Both the position numbers and the translations under genes were made by a program. Positions 10,723 to 20,423 of a stretch of 64,000 bases of DNA are shown here, one piece after another (the first letter of the stretch is position 1; every line of letters starts with the position of its first letter). The stretch is from contig JBBFKW010000006.1 in NCBI GenBank assembly GCA_037481835.1, positions 152,173 through 216,172 of the forward strand, read 5' to 3'. The notes under the pieces were generated by a model. That model made no database searches. It saw only the letters and a list, made by a program, of their open reading frames with translations, and was not told where the DNA came from. The stretch comes from Desulfosoma sp. (GTDB lineage: Bacteria > Desulfobacterota > Syntrophobacteria > Syntrophobacterales > DSM-9756).

Positions 10723-11598
10723 ATGGAAGAAACCTGGACCATCCTCAAGGTCCTGCAGTGGACCACCGACTACTTCCGGCGCAAGGGCCTGGATCAACCC
10801 CGCTCGGACGCCGAAGTCCTCCTCGCCCACGCCTTGAACCTTCGCCGTGTGGATTTGTACCTTCGCTACGATCAGCCGCTTCGGCCCGATGAACTCGCTC
10901 GCTACCGCGCCCTGATCCAGCGCCGGGCGGCGCGGGAACCCACTCAGTACATCACCGGCCGTCAGGAATTTTGGTCCCTGGAACTGGAGGTCTCCCCGGC
11001 GGTGCTCATCCCCCGGCCGGAAACGGAACGGCTCGTGGAACTGGCCCTGGAAGCCTTCTCCGACGAACCTCTGCGCGCCCTCGATCTGGGCACGGGATCG
11101 GGAGCCATCGCCGTCGCCCTGGCCACCGAACGCTCCCACTGGTCGATCATCGCATGTGATATCTCCTGGGACGCTTTGATGACGGCGCGGCGAAACGCCG
11201 TCCGCCACGGCGTGAACTCTCGCATCGCTTTCGTGCTTTCGGACCTCACCGCGGCCTTCCGGCCGGATCCGCCGCCCTTTTCGCTCATCTGCGCCAACCC
11301 CCCCTACATCGGCGATGCCCAATGGGCCGCGCTGGCACCGGAAGTGGCCCGATATGAGCCTTCGCACGCCCTTAGGGGCGGAGGTCCCGACGGCACGGCG
11401 ATTCCCATCCGGCTTCTTCGCCTGGCCTTCCCGCTCCTTCGACCCGGCGGGATCCTTTTCATGGAATTCGGCAAGGGCCAGGAACGGACCCTGCCAGCCG
11501 CGGCCCGTGAACTCCCCGGTGTGGACAGCGTGGAGGTCTTAAGGGATTATTCGGATATTCCCCGAATTCTTAAGGTCATTAGGTCATTGGGTCATTAG
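10723..11598 (+). CDS. prmC: Release factor glutamine methyltransferase PrmC/HemK
   Basis: MEETWTILKVLQWT start, VLIPRPETE, DLGTGSG, NPPY. The upstream ORF extension to 10486 is repeat-derived. Confidence 0.95.
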   Translation: MEETWTILKVLQWTTDYFRRKGLDQPRSDAEVLLAHALNLRRVDLYLRYDQPLRPDELARYRALIQRRAAREPTQYITGRQEFWSLELEVSPAVLIPRPETERLVELALEAFSDEPLRALDLGTGSGAIAVALATERSHWSIIACDISWDALMTARRNAVRHGVNSRIAFVLSDLTAAFRPDPPPFSLICANPPYIGDAQWAALAPEVARYEPSHALRGGGPDGTAIPIRLLRLAFPLLRPGGILFMEFGKGQERTLPAAARELPGVDSVEVLRDYSDIPRILKVIRSLGH

Positions 11599-11644
11599 GG
11601 CATTGGGGTGGGGTGGGAAGAATGACCTAATGACCTAATGACCC
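11568..11644. repeat. Octamer (TCATTAGG) repeats in inverted arrangement at the prmC 3' end
   Basis: AGGTCATTAGGTCATTGGGTCATT (11573-11596) pairs with AATGACCTAATGACCTAATGACCC (11621-11644); the prmC TAG lies inside the repeat. Confidence 0.85.
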
Positions 11645-11667
11645 AGCAACTGGAAAGGTAAACATTC

Positions 11668-12921
11668 ATGGACAAACTGGTCATTGAAGGGGGCGTTCCC
11701 CTGCACGGCGACATCCCCATCAGCGGGGCCAAGAATTCGGCCTTGCCCCTCATGGCCGCTTCGTTGCTCGCCCCGGGCCGCCACACCCTCACCAACGTTC
11801 CGCGCCTTCGCGATATCCGCACCATGGAACGCCTGCTCCAACACATGGGCGCCCGGACGGATCACCAAGATACGCTCATGCTCGACACGTCCCACATCAG
11901 CCGCCCTGAAGCCCCATATGATCTCGTCAAGACCATGCGCGCTTCGGTCCTGGTCCTCGGCCCGTTGGCCGCCCGTTACGGTCGCGCCCGCGTATCCCTT
12001 CCCGGAGGGTGCGCCATCGGAGCCCGCCCCATCAATCTGCATCTTCGCGGGCTGGAAGCCATGGGCGCGCGCATCGACCTTGAAGGCGGCTACGTGCACG
12101 TGCACTGCGACCGACTTCGAGGCACCGAGTTCACCTTTGACCAGGTGACGGTCACGGGGACGGAAAACCTCATGATGGCCGCCTGCCTCGCCGACGGGGA
12201 AACGGTTCTGGAAAACGCCGCCCGCGAACCGGAAGTGGTGGACCTGGCCGATTACCTTAAAGCCATGGGCGCCCGGATCGACGGCGTCGGCACGGCCATT
12301 GTCCGGATCCAGGGTGTGGAAAACCTTCGGCCGGGGTCGCACCGGGTCATTCCGGATCGCATCGAAACAGGCACGTACCTCGTCGCCGCGGGGATCACCG
12401 GAGGCCGCCTGCGCCTCACGGGGTGCCGTCCCGACCATGTGGATGCCGTCATTCGAAAACTGCGTGCGGCGGGAATGATCGTGACCGAAGACGGCGAAAC
12501 CCTCATGGCGGAAGCCCCCGACGGACCTCTTCGCAGCGTGGACGTCACCACATGGCCCTATCCCGGTTTTCCCACGGACATGCAGGCCCAGTTCATGGCC
12601 CTCATGACCCTCGGTGACGGGGTCAGTGTCATCAAGGAACAAATTTTCGAAAACCGCTTCATGCACGTGAGCGAATTGCGGCGGCTTGGGGCGGACATCG
12701 TCCTGGACGGCCGAAGCGCCGTGGTGCGGGGCGTGCCGTTTCTTTCCGGAGCCCCGGTCATGGCCACCGATCTTCGCGCGTCGGCTTCCTTGGTGCTGGC
12801 AGGCCTGGCCGCCCGGGGCCGAACGGATGTGAGCCGCATCTATCACTTGGAACGCGGCTATGAAAATTTGGACCGAAAACTGCAGGCCGTCGGCGCCCGC
12901 ATCCGGCGGGAAAAGGAATGA
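11668..12921 (+). CDS. murA: UDP-N-acetylglucosamine 1-carboxyvinyltransferase
   Basis: [20 protein letters not shown] (catalytic Cys), [16 protein letters not shown]. Confidence 0.98.
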   Translation: MDKLVIEGGVPLHGDIPISGAKNSALPLMAASLLAPGRHTLTNVPRLRDIRTMERLLQHMGARTDHQDTLMLDTSHISRPEAPYDLVKTMRASVLVLGPLAARYGRARVSLPGGCAIGARPINLHLRGLEAMGARIDLEGGYVHVHCDRLRGTEFTFDQVTVTGTENLMMAACLADGETVLENAAREPEVVDLADYLKAMGARIDGVGTAIVRIQGVENLRPGSHRVIPDRIETGTYLVAAGITGGRLRLTGCRPDHVDAVIRKLRAAGMIVTEDGETLMAEAPDGPLRSVDVTTWPYPGFPTDMQAQFMALMTLGDGVSVIKEQIFENRFMHVSELRRLGADIVLDGRSAVVRGVPFLSGAPVMATDLRASASLVLAGLAARGRTDVSRIYHLERGYENLDRKLQAVGARIRREKE

Positions 12922-13060
12922 CGGGAACCCCCGAAAGCCTTGTTCGGGCCCGGCCGCGGGCGGCGTTCCCGGGAGTCCGGGAAAAGAGCCGTCGCCGGGG
13001 AGACAATGCGAGGCCGGGGCACCCGCCGGCCCGGGAGGAAATCCGCCCCCGCCCCGGGCC

Positions 13061-16000
13061 GTGCTCGGGACCCGGCCGCTGCTCCCTCTCGCCCTAGGCT
13101 TTGCAGCGGGGATCGCCGGAGCCCGCCTTTGGGGCCTCACCCAGGAAACGCCGTGTCTTGTCGGCGCTTCGGCGGCCGTAGTCGCGGCGGCTCTCAGCCC
13201 TTTTTTTCGACCGGTATCCCCTCGGCTCTCAAAGATCGCCATTGCCGCTCTTCTCTGCACGGCGGCGGCCCTTTTCGGATCCTTTCTTCTCGTTCGCAGC
13301 GACAAAAAAGCCGTTCCCGACCCGTCTTTGGCGTCCCTCCTGGACGGATCGGAACGGCGCTACCGCGTGCTCATCCGACCGTATCCCGATTTTTATCCCG
13401 ACAAAACCGTCTTCCCTGTCACCCTCCTTGCCGTTTGGGACACTCCCGAAGACCCCGGCCCTCTCTCCCTTGAGGTGCCTTCTTTGTTCCCCGTCCCCCT
13501 TGAAGCGAATTCGTTGTCTTCTCTCCCCCTCGAAGCGAAATCTTTATCTCCTCTCAGTCTTGAGGGGGACTCTTTGTCTTCTCTCCCCGTTGAGGGGAAT
13601 TCTTTGTCTTCTCTCCCCCTCGAAGCGAAATCTTTATCTCCTCTCAGTCTTGAGGGGAACTCTTTGTCTCCTTTGCCCCTTGAAGGCAATTTTTTATCCC
13701 CTCTTCCCCTTCAGCGGGCCTCCTTACCTTCTCTTCCCCTTGAGGGGGATCATTCATCCCCTCTCCCCCTTCAGCGGGGTTCCGTGTCTCCTCTTCCCCT
13801 TGTCGGGGATCATTCATCCCCTCTCCCCCTTGAGGGGGAGAGGTCGGGTGAGGGGGTGTCCTTTCCCCGATCGACACCCTCACCCCAACCCTCTCCCTCA
13901 AGGGAGAGGGAGCCAATGAACAGCAAGGCGAGGGGGCCGGTGAATAGCAAGGAGAGGGAGCTCGTGAACGACAAGGAGTGGGAGCTCGTGAACGACAAGG
14001 AGTGGGAGCTCGTGAAGGGGAGCGAGAGGGAGGTAGTGAAGGACAAGGAGAGGGGACTTGTGAAGGACAGAAAGAGGGCGCTCGAGGAAGATCCCCTGGA
14101 ACGAAACGCGGATGGGACACCCGCTCCTCCAAAATCGCTTCCCAGGGAACCCGCGCGCTCATCCTCTGCAAGGGCCGATCTCCTTCCTCACCCGGTCAGA
14201 CAAAATCCCCCGGCTCCTCTTCCCCTTGAGGGGGATTCTTCTTCTCCTCTCCCCCTTGAGGGGGAGAGGTCGGGTGAGGGGGTGTCCTTTCCCCGATCGA
14301 CACCCTCACCCCAACCCTCTCCCTCAAGGGAGAGGGAGCCAATGAACAGCAAGGCGAGGGGGCCGGTGAATAGCAAGGAGAGGGAGCTCGTGAACGACAA
14401 GGAGAGGGAGCCGGTGAGTGACAAGGAGTGGGAGCTCGTGAAGGGGACTGAGAGGGAGGTGGTGAAGGACAAGGAGAGGGGACTTGTGAAGGACAGGAAG
14501 AGGGCGCTCGAGGAAGATCCCCTTGAGCGAAACGCGGATGGGACACCCGCTCGTCCAAAATCGCTTCCCAAGGGACCCGCGCGCTCATCCTCTGCAAGGG
14601 CCGATCTTCTTCCTCACCCGGTCAAACGAAATCCCCCGGCTCCTCCTCCCCTTGAGGGGGCTCCTTCATCCCCTCTCCCCTTTCAGGAAGCTCCCGTGTC
14701 TCCTCTTCCCCTCGAGGGGGATCATTCATCCCCTCTCCCCCTTCAGGGGGAGAGGTCGGGTGAGGGGGTGCCCTTTCCCCGATCGACACCCTCACCCCAG
14801 CCCTCTCCCTCAAGGGAGAGGGAGATGTTTAAGGACAAGGAGAGGGGGCCGAAGAGGAATCGTCTGACAAGCCTTCCAACCGGCGAGGGGGCCATGGGTG
14901 TGCGGGTCTCCGTCCGCACGGTCCTCGGATCCTGGAAGGCGGGAGACGTCGTCGACATGCCGCTCACCCTGCGCCCCCTCACCAACTTCGAAAATCCCGG
15001 CCGATACGACTACGTGGCGGACCAGGCAAGGCGAGGCCTCCATGCTCGAGCCTCCTCCAAAAGCGACATTTTCTGGGTCCATGCCTTTCCTCCCGGCGTC
15101 GGCTCCGCCGCCGTGGGAGCCATCCATCGTGGGATCGACGCCGTCCGCCAACATTTTCGCCGCCTGATTGAAGAAAACATCCACGGTCCGCCGGGCGCCG
15201 TCGCCCAAGCGCTCTTTCTCGGCTATCGAAACGCCGTGCCGCCTTCCATCCAAGACCGCTTCCAAAAAGCCGGCGTCATGCACCTTCTCGCCATATCCGG
15301 TCTTCACGTGGGCCTTGCCGCGTGGGCGGCTTTCCGGGTGGCCCAGATCCTCCTTCGGCTTCTGTGCCCCGGAGTGCTCCTTCGGATCCCGGACGTCCAC
15401 CTCGCCTGGTGGGCCGGCTGCGCCGCCGCCACCGCCTACGCCCTGATGGCAGGACTGGCCGTCCCCACGCAAAGAGCCCTCATTCTCCTCATTTCGGCCG
15501 CCGCCGCCTTGGTTCTCTACCGCAAGCCGGATCCCCTGAACCTTCTCGCCACCGCGGGGATCCTCATTCTCCTCCTGGATCCGAACAACCTCTTTCGCCC
15601 GTCCTTCCAGCTTTCCTTCGCTGCGTTCCTCGGGATCGTGCTGGCATATGCGCCGTGGAGCGCCTTCGCCCGAAAGAAAATCGGGAAGCTCCCCCGTCGG
15701 ATTCGCTGGGCGGCGACCCTGTTCGCCGACGCGTTCCTTCTTTCCGCGGCGGCGACCCTGACTGCGGCGCCTCTTACGGCCTACCATTTCCACAGCTTTT
15801 CCGCCGCAGGGCTTGCCGCCAACACGGTCATCGTACCCTTTCTCGCCCTTGCCGTGCTCCCGCCGGGCTTGGCAGCCCTGGCTCTGGGAGCGCTCGTCCC
15901 GCCCGCAGCCCCCGTGCTGCTTCTCCCCGTAGGCTGGACCTTGGAACTCCTCCTATGGCTCATTGAAGGATTTGCCGCCTTTCCCTTGGGCTTCGCCCAT

Positions 16001-17101
16001 GTGGGGCCCGTTCCCGTCTGGGGGCTCGTTGCGTTTTATACCGCCGCAGCCGTGAGCTTTCTTCCCGTCACACCGAAAAAAAAGATTCTGGGAATGGCGG
16101 TTGTCATGGCCTTCGTTGCGGGTTTCAGCCTCGTTCGCCATCTTCACGGTCTTTCCAAGGTCGAATCCCTGTTCCAAGTGACGGCGCTGGATGTGGGCCA
16201 GGGGTCTGCGACCGTCATCCGCTGTCCCGAAGGCGCTGCGATCCTCGTGGACGGCGGCGGCTTTTACGACGATTCCTTCGACGTGGGCCGCCACGTGGTG
16301 GCTCCAGCCCTTTGGGCCATGGGCATCCGCCGCCTGGATACGGTCGTCTTGAGCCACGATCATCCCGACCATCGAAACGGCCTGCGCTTCATTCTGGAAA
16401 CCTTTCCCGTCGGCCGATACGTGGAAACGGGCATCACTTCGCGCGGCCTTGAAGGATCCGCGCTTTCGGCCGTCGCCGCCCGACGCCGCATTCCCATCGT
16501 GCACACCCTTATGGATGCGCCGCAAGACGCCGACGGCACCGTGGATCTCGGACCCGTCGGACACTGCCGGATCCGATCCCTTCACCCGACCCCGGCTTTC
16601 ATCAAGAACGCCTGGGACGGAAAAGACCTCAACGAAGTGTCCTTGGTCCTGGAAGTGACCTGCGGAGACGCGGGAATCCTCCTTCCCGGCGATATCGGGC
16701 AAGAGACGGAACGGATCCTCTTGGAAAAAGCCTTCCCCAAGTCCCTCTCCTTTTCCCGGCGCTGGGTGCTCATCGCCCCCCATCACGGAAGCGCCGGATC
16801 CTGCAGCCGCGCGCTTTTGGAAACCCTTCGGCCCGACGCCGTCCTGATTTCCTGCGGCCCTTCCAATCCCTTCGGCTTTCCCGCCCCGGCCGTGCTGGAT
16901 CGGATCCAAGCCCTGGGCATTCCCGTTCTTCGCACCGATCTTCACGGCGCCGTCCACGCCGCCTGGGACGGATCCCGCTGGCGGTGGAGCACTATGATTG
17001 CCAAGCGACAACAGCTTTACACTCCCGCGTTGCTACCCGCGCCGAAGAGAGAATTCCCAGCAAAGAGGTCGGCTCCCCAAGGTCAGGATTGTCGTTCATA
17101 G
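13061..17101 (+). CDS. comEC: ComEC/Rec2 DNA uptake channel with a ~480-aa in-frame repetitive insert
   Basis: Competence domain HLLAISGLHVG, SFQLSF; metallo-beta-lactamase domain DVGQG, SHDHPDH, PHHGS. Start uncertain (GTG 13061 chosen; the ORF is open from 12860). Confidence 0.9.
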   Translation: MLGTRPLLPLALGFAAGIAGARLWGLTQETPCLVGASAAVVAAALSPFFRPVSPRLSKIAIAALLCTAAALFGSFLLVRSDKKAVPDPSLASLLDGSERRYRVLIRPYPDFYPDKTVFPVTLLAVWDTPEDPGPLSLEVPSLFPVPLEANSLSSLPLEAKSLSPLSLEGDSLSSLPVEGNSLSSLPLEAKSLSPLSLEGNSLSPLPLEGNFLSPLPLQRASLPSLPLEGDHSSPLPLQRGSVSPLPLVGDHSSPLPLEGERSGEGVSFPRSTPSPQPSPSREREPMNSKARGPVNSKERELVNDKEWELVNDKEWELVKGSEREVVKDKERGLVKDRKRALEEDPLERNADGTPAPPKSLPREPARSSSARADLLPHPVRQNPPAPLPLEGDSSSPLPLEGERSGEGVSFPRSTPSPQPSPSREREPMNSKARGPVNSKERELVNDKEREPVSDKEWELVKGTEREVVKDKERGLVKDRKRALEEDPLERNADGTPARPKSLPKGPARSSSARADLLPHPVKRNPPAPPPLEGAPSSPLPFQEAPVSPLPLEGDHSSPLPLQGERSGEGVPFPRSTPSPQPSPSREREMFKDKERGPKRNRLTSLPTGEGAMGVRVSVRTVLGSWKAGDVVDMPLTLRPLTNFENPGRYDYVADQARRGLHARASSKSDIFWVHAFPPGVGSAAVGAIHRGIDAVRQHFRRLIEENIHGPPGAVAQALFLGYRNAVPPSIQDRFQKAGVMHLLAISGLHVGLAAWAAFRVAQILLRLLCPGVLLRIPDVHLAWWAGCAAATAYALMAGLAVPTQRALILLISAAAALVLYRKPDPLNLLATAGILILLLDPNNLFRPSFQLSFAAFLGIVLAYAPWSAFARKKIGKLPRRIRWAATLFADAFLLSAAATLTAAPLTAYHFHSFSAAGLAANTVIVPFLALAVLPPGLAALALGALVPPAAPVLLLPVGWTLELLLWLIEGFAAFPLGFAHVGPVPVWGLVAFYTAAAVSFLPVTPKKKILGMAVVMAFVAGFSLVRHLHGLSKVESLFQVTALDVGQGSATVIRCPEGAAILVDGGGFYDDSFDVGRHVVAPALWAMGIRRLDTVVLSHDHPDHRNGLRFILETFPVGRYVETGITSRGLEGSALSAVAARRRIPIVHTLMDAPQDADGTVDLGPVGHCRIRSLHPTPAFIKNAWDGKDLNEVSLVLEVTCGDAGILLPGDIGQETERILLEKAFPKSLSFSRRWVLIAPHHGSAGSCSRALLETLRPDAVLISCGPSNPFGFPAPAVLDRIQALGIPVLRTDLHGAVHAAWDGSRWRWSTMIAKRQQLYTPALLPAPKREFPAKRSAPQGQDCRS
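13460..14890. repeat. Nested tandem-repeat array in comEC: 30-bp units, 24-bp units and BoxC-like palindromes in 426/486-bp super-units
   Basis: ~13 x 30 bp (SLSPLPLEGN-like). Core CTCTCCCCCTT(G/C)AGGGGGAGAGGTCGGGTGAGGGGG...CCCTCACCCCA(A/G)CCCTCTCCCTCAAGGGAGAGGG starts at 13821, 14247 and 14733. ~8 x 24 bp (KERELVND-like) follow the first two cores. Confidence 0.92.
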
Positions 17102-17328
17102 TGAAAGCCCAGCCTTTTTTGACAGAGAGGCCATAAACGCTTCGCACTCCCTCAGCAAAAATATGCAACCATTTAAAGATATTAGATGCTTTGACGTTGA
17201 CAAAGGAGGGGCGACCGGCTAATGGTTCAGTAAAATCAGATTGGTCAAATGGGTGATAGACATCCTACGCATCTGTGACATTACGCTGATGCGCTATTGA
17301 CCCATTGCGAGACGGGGGTTTTTCATTA

Positions 17329-17688
17329 ATGGCAAAAATCTTAGTGATCGAAGATGATGACGGGCTGAGGGAACTCTTAGGAACATTTCTTCGGGAGGTC
17401 GGCTATGCCGTCGTGCAGGCGTCGGACGGCTTGGAAGGCATGGAATGCATGGAGCGAGAGCCCTTTGACCTTATCATCGTCGACGTGATGCTGCCTTATG
17501 TGAGTGGGATCGGATTAGTAAAGCTCAGCAAGGAACGTTCTCCAGATATCCCTATTATTTGCATTACAGGCTACGGCAATTCGCCTGAAAAACTGGCCCA
17601 GCAAGAACACGCCGACCAAGTGCTCTCTAAACCTTTCGATCTGAAGGATCTGGCTGGAGCGGTGGAAGCCCTCTTGTCGCGTCAATAG
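17329..17688 (+). CDS. Stand-alone response regulator receiver (CheY-like)
   Basis: ILVIEDD, DLIIVDVMLP (phosphoacceptor Asp), ITG, KPF. Confidence 0.9.
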   Translation: MAKILVIEDDDGLRELLGTFLREVGYAVVQASDGLEGMECMEREPFDLIIVDVMLPYVSGIGLVKLSKERSPDIPIICITGYGNSPEKLAQQEHADQVLSKPFDLKDLAGAVEALLSRQ

Positions 17689-17775
17689 GAATGAAGCCGC
17701 AAACAAGGAGCCAGGTTTTCGGACGGGATCCCCCATGTCTTGTTCGACCCGCCGTAAAGAGGAAAAAAACGGGAC

Positions 17776-18807
17776 GTGACGGAACCGCAAATCATCGGCA
17801 TCAGCCCTTCCATCAATAAGATCCGCCAGTTGATCCGCCGCGTTGCGGACGTCGATCTGACGGTCCTTATCACTGGCGAAAGCGGGGTCGGCAAGGAACT
17901 CGTGGCCCGCTCTCTGCACTATTATTCCCGGCGTCGTCACGAGCCTTTCCTCAAGGTCAACTGCGCGGCCCTGCCGGGGGAACTCATTGAATCGGAACTG
18001 TTCGGGTATGAAAAAGGCGCCTTTACGGGAGCAGACCGTCAAAAGAAAGGCAAGTTTGAAGCAGCTGGAGAAGGATCCATATTTCTCGACGAAATCGGAG
18101 AAATTCCCCCGCCAATGCAGGCTAAGCTCTTGCAGGTCCTCCAAGACATGAAATATCCCCGCATCGGGGGAGTCCAAGAAATCCCAAGCAAAGCCAGGGT
18201 CATTGCGGCGACGAACATCAATTTGGAAAGCGAAATCCAGCGCGGCCGCTTCCGTGAAGATCTCTACTTTCGCATCAACACCATCAGCATTCCCGTGCCA
18301 CCCTTAAGGGAACGCAAGGAGGACCTGGAGCCTCTCATTCATTTCTTCATGAAGACTTTTAAGAAGGAGTTCGGCCTGGAACCGTACCCTGTTCCGGATC
18401 GTCTCATGAAACTTTTTCACTTTTATCACTGGCCGGGAAACGTGCGGGAGTTGGAAAACTACCTCAAGCGCCTTTGTGTTCTTGGGAATTCCAAGGAAAT
18501 CGAAGAAGAAATCCAGCGCAGCCTGGACGAAGGCCTTCCTCTGACCAACAGCAACAACGTCATGCGCCCAACCGAAGACTATGTTGTCATGAAAACCACG
18601 GAAGAGGTCTGCTCCCTCGCCGACAACCCCGAAAGCTTTCCTTCCTTAAAAGAAATCAGAGACCGCGCCGTGGAGCGGGTTGAAAGGGCCATTCTTGAGC
18701 ACGTGCTTAGGGAAGTGAACTGGAACCGCCGGGAAGCCGCCAAAATCCTCAGGATCAGCTACAGGACCCTCCTTTACAAGATCAAGGACCTGGACCTTCG
18801 CCCTTAG
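17776..18807 (+). CDS. Sigma-54 enhancer-binding protein (AAA+ and Fis-type HTH) with no N-terminal sensory domain
   Basis: GESGVGKE, ESELFGYEKGAFTGA, FLDEIG, WPGNVREL, NRREAAKILRISYRTL. Confidence 0.93.
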   Translation: MTEPQIIGISPSINKIRQLIRRVADVDLTVLITGESGVGKELVARSLHYYSRRRHEPFLKVNCAALPGELIESELFGYEKGAFTGADRQKKGKFEAAGEGSIFLDEIGEIPPPMQAKLLQVLQDMKYPRIGGVQEIPSKARVIAATNINLESEIQRGRFREDLYFRINTISIPVPPLRERKEDLEPLIHFFMKTFKKEFGLEPYPVPDRLMKLFHFYHWPGNVRELENYLKRLCVLGNSKEIEEEIQRSLDEGLPLTNSNNVMRPTEDYVVMKTTEEVCSLADNPESFPSLKEIRDRAVERVERAILEHVLREVNWNRREAAKILRISYRTLLYKIKDLDLRP

Positions 18808-18836
18808 CAGGAAGGCCGTTAGTGAGTGGGCTCTTT

Positions 18837-18883
18837 TGCAAATATATGCAAAACATTGCATGCCTCATATGCAAAATATTGCA
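18837..18883. promoter_or_regulatory. Putative enhancer (UAS) of tandem TGCA-N6-TGCA boxes
   Basis: ATATGCAAAACATTGCA (18844-18860) and ATATGCAAAATATTGCA (18867-18883), plus an overlapping TGCAAATATATGCA (18837-18850). Confidence 0.6.
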
Positions 18884-19036
18884 CATTGCATGGGTGTTCA
18901 TAAGGATTGGGATGGCAGTTTAGCCCTAAAGCCCGCACGCATTCAGGCGATGATCAAATGAGAAAATATGGTCGTTGAGAGGTCTTGCGTGGATTTTACC
19001 AAACCAAGACTTGATCGAATACCGCCCTCTCGTCCT

Positions 19037-19054
19037 CCGGTACACTTCTTGCAT
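19037..19054 (+). promoter_or_regulatory. Sigma-54 (-24/-12) promoter
   Basis: CCGGTACACTTCTTGCAT: GG at 19039-19040, exactly 10 nt, GC at 19051-19052; ~160-200 bp downstream of the putative UAS. Confidence 0.65.
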
Positions 19055-19226
19055 GAAAACTTCGTCAATTTCAGCTCGAGGCCGCGCAGTTTTGGCGAGC
19101 TCGAGCGGCGTGCTTCGAAGAAATGCCCATGCCCCAGGGCGATGGGATTTCTTGCGGCGGCGACAGGGACAAGAGAGATCACAAGGCTCAAAGGTTCTTC
19201 GGCGGTGCGGAAAAGATTGATGAAAC

Positions 19227-20423
19227 ATGGAGCAACTCATGAAAAGGCTCTCGGAGCGCATTGAACGTCGTCGGGACCGCCGGCTCCCGGTTTCCTTAGG
19301 CGCTGTGCTCAGGGCGCCCGATGGGCGATGGGCCCGCCATGCTCATGTAAAAGATCTCCACCGCTTCGGCGCCCGCGCTTGCGTTGAGGACATGGACATT
19401 CTGGCCGAAGACGACCCCGTTCTTGTCGAGTTTGACCTGGATTCCGAAAAGGGAGAAGCCCTCGGACGTGTGCGGTGGACACTTAGGGGCGAGGGCGACA
19501 GCCTCCACTGCGGCGTTACGTTCGACGAGCCTCTTTCAATTAAACTCCCATTGGACACCGTCCAGGCGGCTTTCGCGCGCCTCCAGGAAGAGGCGCCTGA
19601 GCATAAGCTAAATATGAACTACTCTTTGCTGGAAAAAATCACCCTGGCCATGCATGGAGAGACGTGGGCTGGAGGTCTTCTCAACTTGTTTGCAATTCCT
19701 GCGCAGCACGCCTTGAATGCCTTAGGCACACGCTTAGAATTGGATTCTCTGCGTCTTCAGAGGGCGTTATCGGAGACACATGCCCTTTCCGCCAAAGCCT
19801 CTTTGCACCCACTTTTATTAATTTTAACGGACGTTTTTCAAGACCTTCAAACCATATCGAAAAAAATCAAAGAATTCATCAGGCATCTCAACTCACTCCA
19901 TGGATCCTTGCTCCTTGAGCCGGATAATTACGTCCGCCAAGTAGATCCGGCGGAGCTGATGCGGCAATCAGTAACATTCATGGAGGCGCTTTGCGGTTTT
20001 CTCGGGGGCAAAATGGCATCGCTGCGTTTTAGAACAGCGGAGGGTGCACTCCCCTTATTGGGGGTCCGCCCGCTGGATTTACGGCGGAGCCTTGATGCGT
20101 GCCTTCTAGGGATGATGGAATCAGCCCTGTGCAGCCAGGGCACCACCATAACTGTTGGACCTATAGAAACGGAAAGCTGGGTCGGGGTACAATTCGGCCA
20201 TGACGGCTTTCGCATGATGCAAGCGCAAGCTTTACGTCTCCGCCTTGACGATGCCGGGTTCATCGGTGAAACGAGCAGCCGGGACGAACGGACTGCCCTC
20301 AGATTTTACCACGCCATTTTGCCCTTACGGGAATATGGCGTGTTTCTCAATATTTATCCCGAATCCGGACGCAACCGAGTACAGCTGCGGTTACCCTTAA
20401 CTACGCGAGCCAACAGCGCATAA
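19227..20423 (+). CDS. PilZ-domain protein with an uncharacterised C-terminal region
   Basis: ERRRDRR (RxxxR), DLHRFG, GRVRW...CGVTF in the first ~100 aa. Start could be 19239. Confidence 0.7.
   Translation: MEQLMKRLSERIERRRDRRLPVSLGAVLRAPDGRWARHAHVKDLHRFGARACVEDMDILAEDDPVLVEFDLDSEKGEALGRVRWTLRGEGDSLHCGVTFDEPLSIKLPLDTVQAAFARLQEEAPEHKLNMNYSLLEKITLAMHGETWAGGLLNLFAIPAQHALNALGTRLELDSLRLQRALSETHALSAKASLHPLLLILTDVFQDLQTISKKIKEFIRHLNSLHGSLLLEPDNYVRQVDPAELMRQSVTFMEALCGFLGGKMASLRFRTAEGALPLLGVRPLDLRRSLDACLLGMMESALCSQGTTITVGPIETESWVGVQFGHDGFRMMQAQALRLRLDDAGFIGETSSRDERTALRFYHAILPLREYGVFLNIYPESGRNRVQLRLPLTTRANSA

Noticed and set aside
13460..14890. Possible CRISPR array in comEC
   Set aside because: Units are contiguous degenerate tandem repeats without unique spacers, are in-frame within a CDS, and no cas genes are present.
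17329..18807. Receiver and sigma-54 activator as one gene split by a single nonsense mutation
   Set aside because: They share a frame, but the receiver's TAG is followed by two more in-frame stops (TGA, TAA) in the 87-bp gap, so separate genes are more likely.
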